Part shown: piece after piece, positions 50,231-62,873 of the stretch
Layout of the letters: each line of letters begins with the position of its first letter
How positions within the stretch are numbered: position 1 is the first letter of the stretch
Assembly: GCA_001643675.2 (NCBI GenBank)
Contig: LSRY02000005.1
Coordinates: 248,001 to 312,000, forward strand
Direction of reading: 5' to 3'
DNA length: 64,000 nt
DNA from: Monocercomonoides exilis PA203
Taxonomy: Eukaryota > Protista > Preaxostyla
Notes under the pieces: generated by a model
Databases searched by the model: none
The model's input: the letters and a program-made list of their open reading frames with translations, nothing else
What the model was told of the DNA's origin: nothing
Program-made: the position numbers and the translations under genes

Positions 50231-51367
50231 AAGGCACTGAATAAGGAAAATAGTCAAGCAAGCATTTGAAAATGAGGAAGATTCTGAAGGCAAAAAGATT
50301 TCACCAAAATGGAGAAAATAATAAGAAGAGAAAGAACAGTGAAAGTTGATAAGGAGAATTGATATTTTTGGAGAGAAAGTTGGACGAAGTCAGTGCTTTT
50401 GATGTTTTGAAGAAGAGGCATCGAATAATTGCATGATATGTTTTTCTTTGCTGATATGGCTTCATGGCCTGACGATATGACGTTCAAGCAAAAAATCAGT
50501 AACAATGAGAGAAAACGGAATCAAAGAATAATTAAATAAGATATTTTTCATTTTCTAACTTTTTTTCTTCTTTGTAACTCCAAAACTGTGTATTCATGTG
50601 ATTTTAATTTTTGTGATATGTTTTCGAATAATTTTCTGTTTTTTGAAAATTGCGTGAACCAGATTCGTTTCTGTTAATAATTGAAATATTTTTTTTTCCA
50701 GAACATTTTTAACCATTTTTATTTTTTTGAAATTATCCACCATTTTTGTAAAATATTCAGTTATTATTTGTGAATTCATACGAAAACTATCGTCACTAAT
50801 TTCAATTTGCAAAATTAATTGTTCATAAGTTGCATTTCCCAGAATTGCTTCAATTTGAGTTTTCAAAATGCTTGTGTTGAAGCGATTGTTGCAGATTGAT
50901 TGTAATTTTTAAGTTGTCATTTTTGTTTTGAAGCAATAATTATTTCAAATTTTCGCAAATAAGTTATTTTATTTTGAACGCTCATTCAAATATTAGCACG
51001 CGCGATGTTCAAATAAAACTTTTTCTTTTTCTTTTGAAATCCCGATCAATGCTCGAGTGCCAATCGAAAATCTGTTTGAGTTGGGAAATTGGCAAAGAAA
51101 AATCTTCATCATTTTGAACTTCAAACATTTTTTTTCCTCTTGACTGATCCAAAAATCAAACGAAAAACAAGTGAATTTGATTCATCTGGACTGTTGTGAA
51201 ATTGTCAAACAATATTTAAATTATGAATTTTTAATGTTTTTCATTTGGCATGTGTTCGTTTTCAAAAGTTTAATATTGCTATTCTCAAATTTTGAATTGT
51301 AGAATTTCAAGTATTGAGAAAAAAAGAAAAGAAAAATTACAAAAAACATTTGTTTTTTTGACCAATT

Positions 51368-51637
51368 GGGGGAAAATACGAACTATCAAGCATTTTTCGC
51401 ACAATGCAAAAAATATTTGCTACACTCATAACTTTCAATAACTTTATCAGATTACAAAATAAATTGTATTTTCATTTCCGAAAGAAAACATCATTTATAT
51501 AATTTCAAAAATTTTTTGTGATCTCACAAGTATTTCAAAAAAATAATCCATTTTAAATGTGTTTTTTGGATCACAAAAAGTTCGTCCACTGTGCATAATT
51601 TTTCAATGAAAATGCCTGAAGTGTAATGTTTTGCCCC
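51368..51637. mobile_element. ~270 bp GGG-ended MITE (copy B), TSD AATT
   Basis: AATT|GGGGGAAAATACGAACTATCAAGC...GTGTAATGTTTTGCCCC|AATT. Orthologous to copy A but without the nested insertion. Confidence 0.85.
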
Positions 51638-53769
51638 AATTATTCATTTTTTGAAAAACGATTTTATTCGACTTTTATTGATATAAATGGGTGATTCTTT
51701 TTGAAATTATTATTATTCTTTCAAAAATACTGCTCCATGTATTAACAAAATATATATTTGTGATAAATTCAATGTCTCTGAAAAAAACATTTTTACACTT
51801 ATCTATCTATCTTTCATCTCAGTAATTTCTTCCTCAAACACAATCTTTGCCCTTTTTTCACAAGGACAATGTTTTTCTTATCTTTATCAAAAAAACTTAG
51901 CATCAGGACATAGACCAACAAAAATATTTAATTCCAAAAACAATTACCCTTATCATTTATGGTTCTTGTGATTTTTTTATTTGAAAAGTGTGGTTTTTCC
52001 AACTTATTTGTGAATGATCTTTTTCAAAAAGTTATTGTCACTTGAATTATTAGATTATATATTATATTCAACTTATTTAATGGGAAAATTAGCTTGATTG
52101 GAATATTTTTGTATTTCCTGACAATCAAATTCTTGTCCATTTGAATATTTTTCATCATCAACAACCATTCAAACTCGCAACATACTAAATATCACTGATT
52201 CCACATTTGTTCGTTTTCTGAATGAATTTTTTCCACCAATTACATTTTGCTCAAATTTCAGAATTGAGGCAACAAAACCACTCAAATCGTATTTGTGCTT
52301 ATCTTTGAAGATAAGGGTTTCAAGTGTCCTTTTTTTTTGAATTTGATTTTTTGTTCGTATTAATCTTTAAAAATCTGCTTTTCAATGTTTTTCCCCAAAC
52401 AATAAACAAATAAAACTTTGATCATTCAACTGTTTTGTCCAAACAGAAAAAAGTTATGAACAAATAAAAACTGTCAAAAAGTTCAATTTTTTCTTTCAAG
52501 AAATTCAATTATCAGTCAGTTCTGTTGTGAAGCCAAAGTTTTCCAGCTTCAAATTGATCTGAATCCGAAGAAAAAGAAGATGAGCTGTTGTTATCATTGG
52601 ATTTCAGATAAAAATCATCGAGAACTGGAACATCATCACGTTGGAAAAAATGTTTTCTTTTCTTTTTTTCTTATTCTCAGTTTCAAAAAATATTTTTGTT
52701 CTGAAAAATCATTTTTTCTATTTCTTTTATTGTTTCAGTTTCAACCAAATTTTCATTATTTGAATAATTGTTTCTTTTCATTTATCAATTTTCTTTATTA
52801 ATTCTTTTATCGTTATCAATTTAAAACTGATGTGAATTTTGGTTCATGATTTAGAAAAGTCACAAATGTCAAAATATTGTGTGAAAAAAAGTGAGTTATT
52901 TATAGCTCATTTGGGTAATTATTTTTGAGATGATAATCTCGTTCAATGTTTGATCTTTTTTTTGAATTTTTGTGGAACAACTTTTTAAATGCATTGGAAA
53001 TTAATTAATGTGATAAATCATCATTTTCTGTAATATTTTTAATACGCAAATTTGGATTGATTCAATTTTCGAAAATAACCATAATTGTTCGTATATAAAG
53101 CATTTTCTTTTTGCTGAGTATTATTCGGTTGTGCAAACTTTTTGATGTTCGAAGAATATTAAATTTCAATCTTTAATAAGTTTCATTTTCGGAAAATGTT
53201 TAATTGTTCATGAACACACATGAATGGAAGCTTTTCATTCTTTTCAATTTTTTTTTAAGATTACTCGAGATAAGCAATTGGCAACGACAACAAACATAGA
53301 AGATCGGAAGAAGAATTAGAAGTTTCCGCAGGTGTTGCATGTTGGATATGGTTTTGTTTTTGATTTTTGATGATATAAACTTTTTTTGGATCGTATTATT
53401 TTCCTTCTTTTCATTTGTCTTTTATTTCATTCAGCATTTAACATATAATATATATTTCAATCATTGTGTTTGTAACAAATAGCTTTGATCTTTGTAATGA
53501 TTTAATTTTTGTTTTTTATTGAAAATTTATAAAATTTGTTTTATTCCTGTGACATTCAATGACATAGTCAATGAACGATTGAAATTTCGGAAACAAAAAA
53601 ATATCTGAATATTTGAAACAATTTTAAGGGGATATCTTTTTTATAACTGGAGTTTAAAGAAAAAAAATATGAAGAAAGAAAAAAACAAGATCAAGGAAAA
53701 GATGAGAGAAGAAAGTATTAAATGAAAGATGCTTGAGGTTTAATAGTTGAATTCACAAACATATGGAAA

Positions 53770-54270
53770 TAGAATAGCTGCATAAAAAGAAGATTATAGG
53801 AAAGAAGTTGAAAGGAAAAAAGATAAAGAGAGAAGAAAAAGAAAGGAGAAAAGATAAAGAGAGAAGAAAAAGAAAGGAGAAAAGAGAGAGAAAGAAGAAT
53901 AAGAAAAGAGAGAGAAAAAAGAGAGAAGGAAAAGAAGGTTGAAGCATAAAGAAGAAGAAGTGGAGAGAAGAAGAAGAAGGCGAGGAGAGAAGGAGAAGAA
54001 GATGGAGAAGGAGATGAAGAAGAGGTGAGAAGAAGAAGAAGAAGAAGAAGAAAGAGAGGAGAGAAAAAGAAAAAGAAAAAGGAAATAATAAAAAAAAGAA
54101 TAAGAATGAAAAAGAAGAAAAAGAAAGAAAAGAAAGATAAATAAATAGATAGATAGATAGAAAGATAGATAGATAGATAGAAAGGAAGATTGAAAGATTG
54201 AAAGAAAGACTTCGAAAGGAAGAAGAACAAAGAAAAAAGGAAGAAGAAGGAAGAAGGAAGAAGGAAGAAG
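53770..54270. repeat. Polypurine low-complexity tract with (AAG)n and (AGAT)n
   Basis: Almost pure A/G; AGAT repeats at ~54145-54180. Confidence 0.85.
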
Positions 54271-54279
54271 AGGGAGTCA

Positions 54280-55640
54280 AAGAAGTGCTTGGAAATGGTG
54301 TGGGCTGATCAGCAGAGTTATCATTCCCATTTTGTTTAGACTGTCCAGCCAGCATTCTTCCATCTCCAATGTCTCTTCCTTTGAGCGAGTGCAGCACATT
54401 TTCGTCGTCCATCGATAGCTCCTTCCTTTTTTCCCTTTCGATTGCTGCCTTCTCCTTCTCCTTCTGCTCCATCTCCTGCGCCTTCTCCAGCGATGTCTGC
54501 AGTTGTGAGTGCACTCTCGTTCTCTTCGGCTCAGCCACAGCCGTCGAACGAGCAGAAGACGCCTTCAGAGCATCTCTGCTGAGCACAGTTGTCGCCCTAC
54601 CAAAGTTCGGAGGCAGCGGATAATCATCATCGCCTTCATCGTTCTTCCAATTTCTTTTTCCGAAAGCATTGCCAGCGACGCTTTCTGCTCCTTTCTCTCT
54701 TTCTCCTTCTCTGTCTTCCCTCTCTCCACTTCCTCCACAGTTCTCAGAATCTCCTCCTTTCGCGTGTTTTCCTCTTCGTCCAGCATTTTTCCATACAAAA
54801 ACTTCACGTTTACCGCAAACACACTTCTCACAACTGCTGCCTCGCCTTTCCCATCAGCCACAATTCTTTTCTTCCTCAACAAAAGCACTCTTTCCTTCGC
54901 ATTGTACTCAATATCTGCTTCTTCCTCATACACTCCACTCACTCCAAACACACCCCATTTCCTCCTCATAAGTTCCGCAATACCTTTTTCTCCGCTTCCC
55001 TCTCTTTCTCCTGATGCACCCACATCGCCCTCTCTCTATCTCTCTCCTCTCTCTTCTTCCTCTCCTCCTCTCTCTCCTTCTCTCATTCCTCCTACCCCTC
55101 TTGATGCCTTCATTCGCTCTTTGTCCATTGCTGCCTTCGTATTCTGCTTAAGCTTCGCCTGTAGAGACTACAGATATCTCGTATTCAGTGTCTGTGCACC
55201 AGAACTGCCTCTAACAGAGAGAAGAGGACCTGTTTAGAGAAGCTTCCGAGTAAAGAAAGACTCACCACGTAGTGTACCACCAAGGAAGAAGGAAGAGGAA
55301 GTTGAGAATGAGTTGGAAGAAGAAGTGGATAAATTTGCAGCAGGAGAGGAAGAAGAAGAAGAAGAAGAAATAAGAGATGTCTTTGGGGATTTCAATACAG
55401 ATGCAGCTGCTTGCGACGAGTTGGTCGAGGCATTTGAGCTGTCGGCTGATCCTGTGCTTGCATAGCTCTTCACACTTCCAGTGTCACTTGCACCTTTCTC
55501 TTCATTCTTTTCTGCTGCTTTCTCTTCGGCCTCTGCTCGTCTTTTCTCTTCTTCTTCTCTTTTGCCTTCTTCTTTTGCCTTCTCGATCATCTTCAAAAGT
55601 GCTGTTTGTTCCTTCTTTTCTCTGTATTCAACAGCCAAAT
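54280..55640 (-). pseudogene. Decayed charged/coiled-coil protein gene of unknown family
   Basis: ORFs 55234-55638 and 54565-55023 are in one frame, separated by three in-frame TAA/TAG stops. A frameshift near 54586 leads into the 53753-54586 ORF. Confidence 0.55.
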
Positions 55641-57600
55641 GAAAATACTGATAAATTTATATAACTTATTTTGAAAATGAAAATTAAAAAATGTTGATGA
55701 GTATTCTTTTTTGAATAGAATTATTATCTAATTTTGTATATTTGAATAATCTTTTTAAAATGGATTATTCACTTGTTGATATTTGTGTTGGTAATAATTT
55801 TCAAGGATATAAACTTCTATAATACAAAACTGTTAAAAGAAATTCGCTTAGCAAACAAGTTCTAAAATTCTTAATTTCGGAAGATATAATTGCCCATCCA
55901 GTATTTTGTTTCAGATCAAGGATATTAATTTGACTTTCGCTTGATCTCATTTCTTATTGGAAAACTCATTCTTTCTTTCTTATTTGAATGAGAAAATATG
56001 AAAATCTTTTAACGCAGAAATTTCATATATCCAAATAATGGAAATGAAAATTTTCATTGCGAAATTTTAATAATCCTTTATTTGGTTTTCAACTTATTGT
56101 TAATTGTAATACGAATTCAGGTAAGATAATTTCATCAAAAATGTTTACAACTCCTGAATAAATATTTTCAACGAGAGCATGCCATGCATGGAATGAATTA
56201 TAAAGAATTTGTGGAGACAAAGTTGATGAGCTTTAATTATTATATTTACAAAGAACAAAGCAGCTGCTGACGTGGAAATACAATTCATCAACAATAAAAT
56301 GGTTATTGTCAATTGATTTCAAGTGAACAATAACCGATTTTTAATTGTTTTTTATTTCAAAGTTTAACTTCGAATAATCAGAGTCTCTGAACATGCTGAT
56401 GAATGATCTGGCAGTTGTTTACAATGCCTCACATAAACACACACAGACAATGATTTTGCAAGCCGTTGCTCGTGATTAAACACTGAAAAAGCTTCAAACG
56501 TTTGGCTTCGATATATCAAGAGGACAGCACAGTTACGCAAAAAAAACTAAGCAAAAAAACAATGATCAAATTATTCCTCCCAAAAAACCAACACTTCCAA
56601 TGTGCAAGCGTGGTTTGAATAATTTTTCAATGTTTCTTTCATGAAGATAATAATTCAATTCAAAAGGACTTGAAGAAGATACTTGGTACAAAGGAAACAC
56701 GTTGATGATAAATCATTCAACTGAAATATCTTCATCAATGATTTGCAGTCAAAAACCATCAAAGCACTCAGAAGAAGAACAGTTTTTGGATGAATCTGCC
56801 TGAAATGATTTGATTTGCTTATCATCGCATGACAAAAGATCTGAACAACCAAATAAAATAGGAGAACAGTCATCAAAAATGCATCAGAGAATTTTTCAAA
56901 ATGGATCATCCGACTTTCAATCTCATTTTGATAATCGTTAAATATCAGCTGATAACGAAACTGAACACGACTCTGCTGGATTTCGAAAAGAGAAAATTCA
57001 TCTTTTGAGAGAAAAAACAGAAACATCATCAAAAGTGATTCAAAGGAAAATATTCATGACAAACAGAGCAAATGATTCTCCCACATTTATTGCTGATACA
57101 ATAATAAAGAAAGCAAATATCGATTACGAAAATAATAGAAACATTCCGTTTCAAATTCGTTCTGAAAAAACTCATTGTATCCACCAATAAATCCTCCTTA
57201 TAGTCTAACTCACTTTATTGATTCTTTGGATCAGAAACAAGAAGCCAATGAATCATGTCTGACAACATTAATGTAAACCACTGACAATTCAAACACTTGC
57301 TCACATGCAACATCAGAGACATGTCCTGTTAATGAATTTCATTCATATATTTGGGTGAGCAAGAAATCCTGTTTCGGAAATTTAGCAATCCAAATGAATT
57401 TGCCATCGATTGAGAAAAGAACAGATCAAAGTCACATGGAAAATCCTGATCGAGAAGATTTGACACATATTAATGAAGAAAGTGTGGAACTCAATTCTCA
57501 ACCAAATAAAAAGGACAACAGCAAAAACCAATCTGATTCAAAAAGTCAAACAATATTTCGCATTCACAATCCGCAAACAAAAAAGTGATCAGAGAGAAAG

Positions 57601-58722
57601 GGATTAATAAAATTTGGAAATACATGTTATTTATCATCGTTAATGCAAAGCTTTTCTTCCATCTGTCAAAATTTTTTTGAATAGTTCCTTTTGTTTCATT
57701 TTCAAATAAAATAAAAATTTCATAAGTCAATCAAATTTTTGTTTCTCCTCACCAAATTTTGCTGTTATGAAAATAAAATATTGACAATGTTATTATTTCA
57801 ATTTTTGTGAAGTTTCGTGTGTGGAAACAAAAATTTGATTGACTTATGAAATTTTTATTTTATTTGAAAATTAAACAAAAGGAACTTTTCAAAAAAATTT
57901 TGACATCTTATCTATTAATCCTTCAATGATCAAAGAACCAAATTTCAAAACGTGTCTTTCAAAAATGTTGTGAATGTTTGCGATAAATTCAAAAAAATTC
58001 AAATTATGTGGAGGATTGGAAGCCATTCCGAATTGACGAATGGGAATCATTTTGTGATATCGGAAAAAGAAAACAACAAAATATTTTGGAATCATATGGC
58101 TTTCTGATGAAACGGCTCATAAAAGTCAATGCATTTAGTAAGGATAATATTAACATAACCACTTCTAACTACACATAATGCAAATTTTGTGGATTTTCTT
58201 CAATTGTTGAAAGTACTACATACAAAATAATCATCAATTCAAATTCAGTGGATAAAGGACTGAAGAAATATTTATCGAAAGAACAGCATTCAAAAAACAA
58301 ATCAGATTTATGCGGCAAATGCGGAAAACAAAATGAAGAGACAAAATGGACTGAAATTTGTTACGATCTACAATTATTCACAATTGAACACGAATGTTCG
58401 TCCACGAAGCCATAAATTCCACCAAAGCAATTATTTTTTTGACAAAAATCATCATAGAACATTTGCAGCTTCTTCAGTTGAATTTCCAAACTCGAAATCT
58501 TCAGCTCATCTCCAAACAAAAAGAAGTTATTCTTTAATTGGACAAATATTATTCAGGCAAACTGATCGATCTCATGGGCATTATATTTCATTTGTCAGAG
58601 ATTCTTCCATTGATAAAGAATCCTGGTTCATTTGCCACGATGCTTTCGTTTCAAAAGTCTGTGCTCAAAGTTGGAAGCAAGCATGGGAAAATTTATTAAA
58701 AGAAGTATATATTCCAACATAA
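57601..58722 (+). pseudogene. Ubiquitin-specific protease (USP/UCH C19) catalytic domain, interrupted by a MITE
   Basis: Cys box GLIKFGNTCYLSSLMQSF (57601-57654); QQNILESYGFLM (58074); Zn-finger CKFC (58179) and CGKC (58311); His box YSLIGQILF...HGHYISFVR...WFICHDAFV (58528-58650). Confidence 0.85.
57665..57904. mobile_element. 240 bp MITE with ~80 bp TIRs, 4-bp TSD ATCT
   Basis: ATCT|GTCAAAATTTTTTTGAATAGTTCC...GGAACTTTTCAAAAAAATTTTGAC|ATCT. Removing it plus one TSD restores the USP frame (SSI/LSINPS). Confidence 0.85.
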
Positions 58723-60734
58723 TCTTTTTTCATGAAAGATAACACAAATAATGGAAGAAATTCAATTCAAAAAGGAGGAGCACTTTCATATGTTCAACTA
58801 TCTGAAAAGCAAACCAAAAAAATTGTTAACCAAAATGCATATGAAGGAGCTATGTTAAGAGCAAACAATGACGCAGCATATTTAATATCCTCTTCAAACT
58901 TTAACAATCATTTGCAATTAAAACGGAATCAAAATCAACTCGGATTTTTTCACCAAATGAAAAAAGACTTATTATCAAGCCGAAATCAAGATTATGAAAA
59001 GAATTTCATGAAGAAACAAACATTAAGTTATCACCTCCTTATTTCGACAAATTTTCAACACAGTTTCATATAGCAAAAAAGAGAACTCATGAATGAGAAA
59101 TGTGTGAAAAACTTGATCATTTAGAAAGAAAAATTAGATCTGTTCCTTCTACAAAAAGAAGCAATTGGGTGTGAAAGATTTTTCAATTTTGAAAATGCTC
59201 AAAACATATTCGGAATTGCAACGAAAACATTATCAAAAAACAGTTCATGATTTGAAGGAGAATGAAGTGATACTTCTGTTTGAGTTCAATGAAAAATGGA
59301 AATTGCCGATCAGATTTCACCAGCTTCAGCAAGAATATAATGATTACAAACATATATCACATTTTACAGTGATTTCAATTCAAAAACAAAATGATCGGTA
59401 TTTTAAATAAAACTTACAACTTTTTCAGAATGCACATCAAATGATTTTCGATTGATAATGGAGCGTTTGCAATTTGTTTTGAAAAGATCATTCCACAAAA
59501 ACTCTTCGACTTTCAAATTTTTCTGTAATTCCGGTCCTCTTAACCGGAATCGCTTTGTGCTTCACTTTCAATTGCGAAGCAAATCTTCTTTTCTGAAAGG
59601 GAAAAAACGTGAAGTGAATTCTTTCTCAGAACATCACGGAAAGAACCTTTGTGATGGTGAATTCGGTGTTCTGGTCAACGAGGTTAATTATTACCTTTCC
59701 GATGAGAATGTTTTATCATTGCAAGATTTCATTTCTTTTTTAAAAAAAGCATTTTGAATCTCACACAGTTTCACAAGTCCCTATTTCACAAAGGCAAAAC
59801 CAATCAACTTCAACATAAATTTCTTCATCAGAGAATTCTCAATTTGAATTATCAGTGAACGACAGATATTTTGAAGAATATATTTCATCACAACAGAAAG
59901 TTTGGCCTTCTTTTGTCATTCCACACATGAAAGATTTCTTGTTTTTTGAAAGCGAGAATAATCATGCATTCGGATCTGCAGTCGGCTATTCTCCACAGCG
60001 CTGTTTTATTGATCTTCTATGAACAAAAAAAAAATGAAACTGTTTTGAATGAAAGAAAAACATGTTCAAAGCAGCAAAACTCACAAAATATCATCAATGT
60101 TAAACAATCTTCAATTGAAATGATTTGCAGACGAAACAGACTTTTGCGCAGTTCATCAACATTTGATTTCTGTTATTGTCCCGAATGTTTCATTGATCAT
60201 TAAGCAAGATTTAAAGTGCATGCTCAGCTTTTGCTCTATCGGAAAAGCAAAAGACGTGGTATCAAGTATTAGATAAAAATAATCACTTTGTTTTTATCCA
60301 GACTTGGATACGGTTTGATATATCCTATATGCACTTTTATATCTTATCCGATTGGCTTATTGAGAATCAATGATTTTGAAAGATAATAACATAAAATTTC
60401 ATATGGGTCATTATTTTTCAAATCGTAACTTTGTTCGAAGAAAGATCTTTTTTTTTGTAATTGTGGTATGAAATGAAAAATGCAAAAATACATGTTTTTA
60501 AATTAATAGAAAAAGAATCTTGATTAAAATTTTGAAAACTTAGTTAATTTGCGATAATCTTGATAATTCCATTATCACATTTATTTATTGAGTTTTTATT
60601 TATATCAAAATTATATTGCATAACATCTCCCTTCAAGCTCAGTTATTGAATATTATTGATTAATATTTGAGTGTGATTTAACGATATTGCTTTTTTAATG
60701 CTTTTAATAAACCATCATTTTAATATAAATTATA

Positions 60735-61192
60735 CCTCTGTGACCTGACGAATAACTTGAAGCCTCGTCTGTCACAAAAATACAGAAATTATTATTATTA
60801 TTATTATTTAATTAATATAAAATAAAATATTGCTAAAACTTCTAAAGACTTTTCAAAGCACTATGGAAAAGATTTGTTGATTGCATCTGTAATATCTTGT
60901 CGTATTTTCTTTTTTGTCAGTGACCGTCAGTGACTGTCAATGACAAATTGTGACAAAAATATTCCTCAACTGACATTTCGTGTCAAATAATATAAATATT
61001 GGGAACCTGATCATTTTATTTTGATTTTGATTTTTTCAAAATAATAAGAATTATTTCATGAAGATTTTCAAATTTATTATTTAAGTTTTTAAGAATTATG
61101 AAATCATTATAAATGACACTTTTTGACAAGTCATAAATATCTTGTCAATCATTTTGTCATTTTTTCAATTTTCTCTTGTCATGTCACAGAGG
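60735..61192. mobile_element. Possible ~460 bp MITE with short TIRs and many internal TGAC/GTCA motifs
   Basis: CCTCTGTGACCTGAC ... GTCATGTCACAGAGG. TSD not clean. Confidence 0.5.
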
Positions 61193-61873
61193 AATAATAT
61201 AAATAAATAATTGTTTCATTAAATTCAGATACGATATTACGAGGTTTTTAAATCTATATATTGTGATTTAAAACTTTATTAATGTTATGGACGTTCACAA
61301 TTCAATTTATGTCGATTCGAGAGGTTGAAGAGAAACAATTCAACTTGAAAAGGAATTAATAGCGAAAATGATGTTAATGGACTTTCTGATGGAAGTGACA
61401 TAATTCCAAAGAAGAATGTTAATAAAGGAGAAAAATTTTGATATATATTATCTGTTTGATGTTTCCCTCATTATTTTTTGTTTATTTATTTATTTGGTTG
61501 TTGATTTATATGTTGATTTGTATGTTTGTTTATTTTGTTTGCATTCTGCAAGAAATGGGAGGCGGAAATGGAGGTTGGGGTGGTTGCAAGCTTTTTGAGC
61601 GCTGGGCAGGGGCAAGAAAGGGATGGAGATGAAGAGGGAACGCTGAATGAGAAATAGAGAAGGAGGCAAAGCGGAAGGGTATTCCCAGGAAAATGATGAA
61701 GGTGCTCCGACAGATGCTGTGAGGCGTTGCCGCGGCAGGAAGAGGAGCGAAGAGGGAAAAGGAGGAATGGGTCATGCGAGAGAGCGATTGAAAGGAGGAG
61801 CTTTGGAAAAATGGTTGCAAAAAAATGGAGGAGCTGCGAAGCACGCTGACTTAATCCCGAAGAGACAAAACAG

Positions 61874-62589
61874 GTGATGCAACCACGTTCGTTGATACTT
61901 TTATTATCATCTCCATCGTATTCTTCCTCTTTCTCTTCATCATCATCAACTTCTTCTTCTTCTTACTCCTCTTCTTCCTCTTCTTCTTCCTCTTCTTCTT
62001 CTTTTTCCTCTTCATTGCCTCCTTATCCACTCACTACTAAAAGTACCTCCGCCTCTTCCCCCAAAGCTTTCTCCACTGCACCTCCTGTCAAAAAGCGCCT
62101 TCTCATCCACGACACCCGCCCGAAACTGAACGCAGTGGTCCAGTCTTTCATCTTCAGCTGGTTCGAATCCGAATCAACTATCTCTTAGCTGAGTGCAGCA
62201 ACTTAGCAATCCCTAACCTCCATTCCATGCGCACGTGCATGTACTCTATGCGTGCGGAGTGTGTGGAGTGGGCGCACAGCGAGATCGATGCGGATGTCTT
62301 CAACGCTCTGTTACAGCTATCACGCAGGCTGGAGAACATCCAGGCGCTCGTGCGGTCTGCACTCGAAATCTTTCAAGCAGTTCAAGGAGGGTGGAATGTG
62401 CTTGCTCACTGCGCTGATGGCTGGAACAGGATGCTCGCCATCACTTCAGTAGCGTTCTTGCTGCTGGATCTATTCTACAGGACGATTGCTGGCTTTTCAT
62501 CGCTGGTGAAGAAGGAGTGGATGCACTTTGGGCATCAGTTTGCGACGAGGAACGTGAACAGGCAGAGAGGGTGGCCGGTGGGAGAATGA
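61874..62589 (+). pseudogene. Myotubularin-family phosphoinositide 3-phosphatase fragment
   Basis: Motifs IHDTRPKLNA, IPNLHSMR, VLAHCADGWNR (canonical VHCSDGWDR) and LLDLFYRTIAGF..LVKKEWMHFGHQFATR. Frameshift near 62175 and an early stop. Confidence 0.8.
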
Positions 62590-62814
62590 AGAAGTAATTA
62601 TGTGCACAAGCACACTTTTAATGAAAAAGCTTGAGGAAGCAGAACAGGAGAGCACTGCAACAATGGACGTGATAATACTACTGATGGTGGTGGTGGTAGT
62701 GGTGGTGGCAGAGGACTGAAGGGAAATACAAGCAAAAAGATGGAGCATGGCTCTGCTTTACCGTCTTTCGCACATCCAGCATCTTTTACGCCTGTCTTTC
62801 CTGTTTCTCAAATC

Positions 62815-62873
62815 TCTTCTTCTTCTTCTTCTTCTTCTTCTTCTTCTTCTTCTTCTTCTTCTTCTTCTTCTTC
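62815..62873. repeat. (TCT)n microsatellite
   Basis: Direct inspection. Confidence 0.9.

Larger units (their letters stand above)
40230..52910 (+). repeat. Right arm of the ~13 kb inverted segmental duplication
   Basis: Reverse complement of ~1860-14960, including the receptor gene and both flanks. Confidence 0.9.
56380..59760 (+). mobile_element. Decayed Sola-like DDD transposase gene with an embedded USP (peptidase C19) domain
   Basis: Transposase-like motifs: LAVVYNASHKHTQTMILQAVA (~56410), KEFHEETNIKLSPPYF...KRTHE*EMCE (~59000-59105), QRKHY...VILLFEFNE (~59220-59290), FFCNSGPLNRN (~59520) and FSEHHGKNLCDGEFG (59623-59667). USP boxes lie at 57601-58650. Multiple stops and frameshifts; no TIRs found. 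Confidence 0.65.

Noticed and set aside
1860-52910. Giant transposon (Maverick/Polinton-like) with 13 kb TIRs
   Set aside because: No integrase, polymerase or capsid genes in the core, no TSD, and the arm ends fade gradually.
22567-62589. Inositol-signalling gene cluster (PPIP5K plus myotubularin)
   Set aside because: The two are about 25 kb apart and the myotubularin is a broken fragment; likely coincidence.
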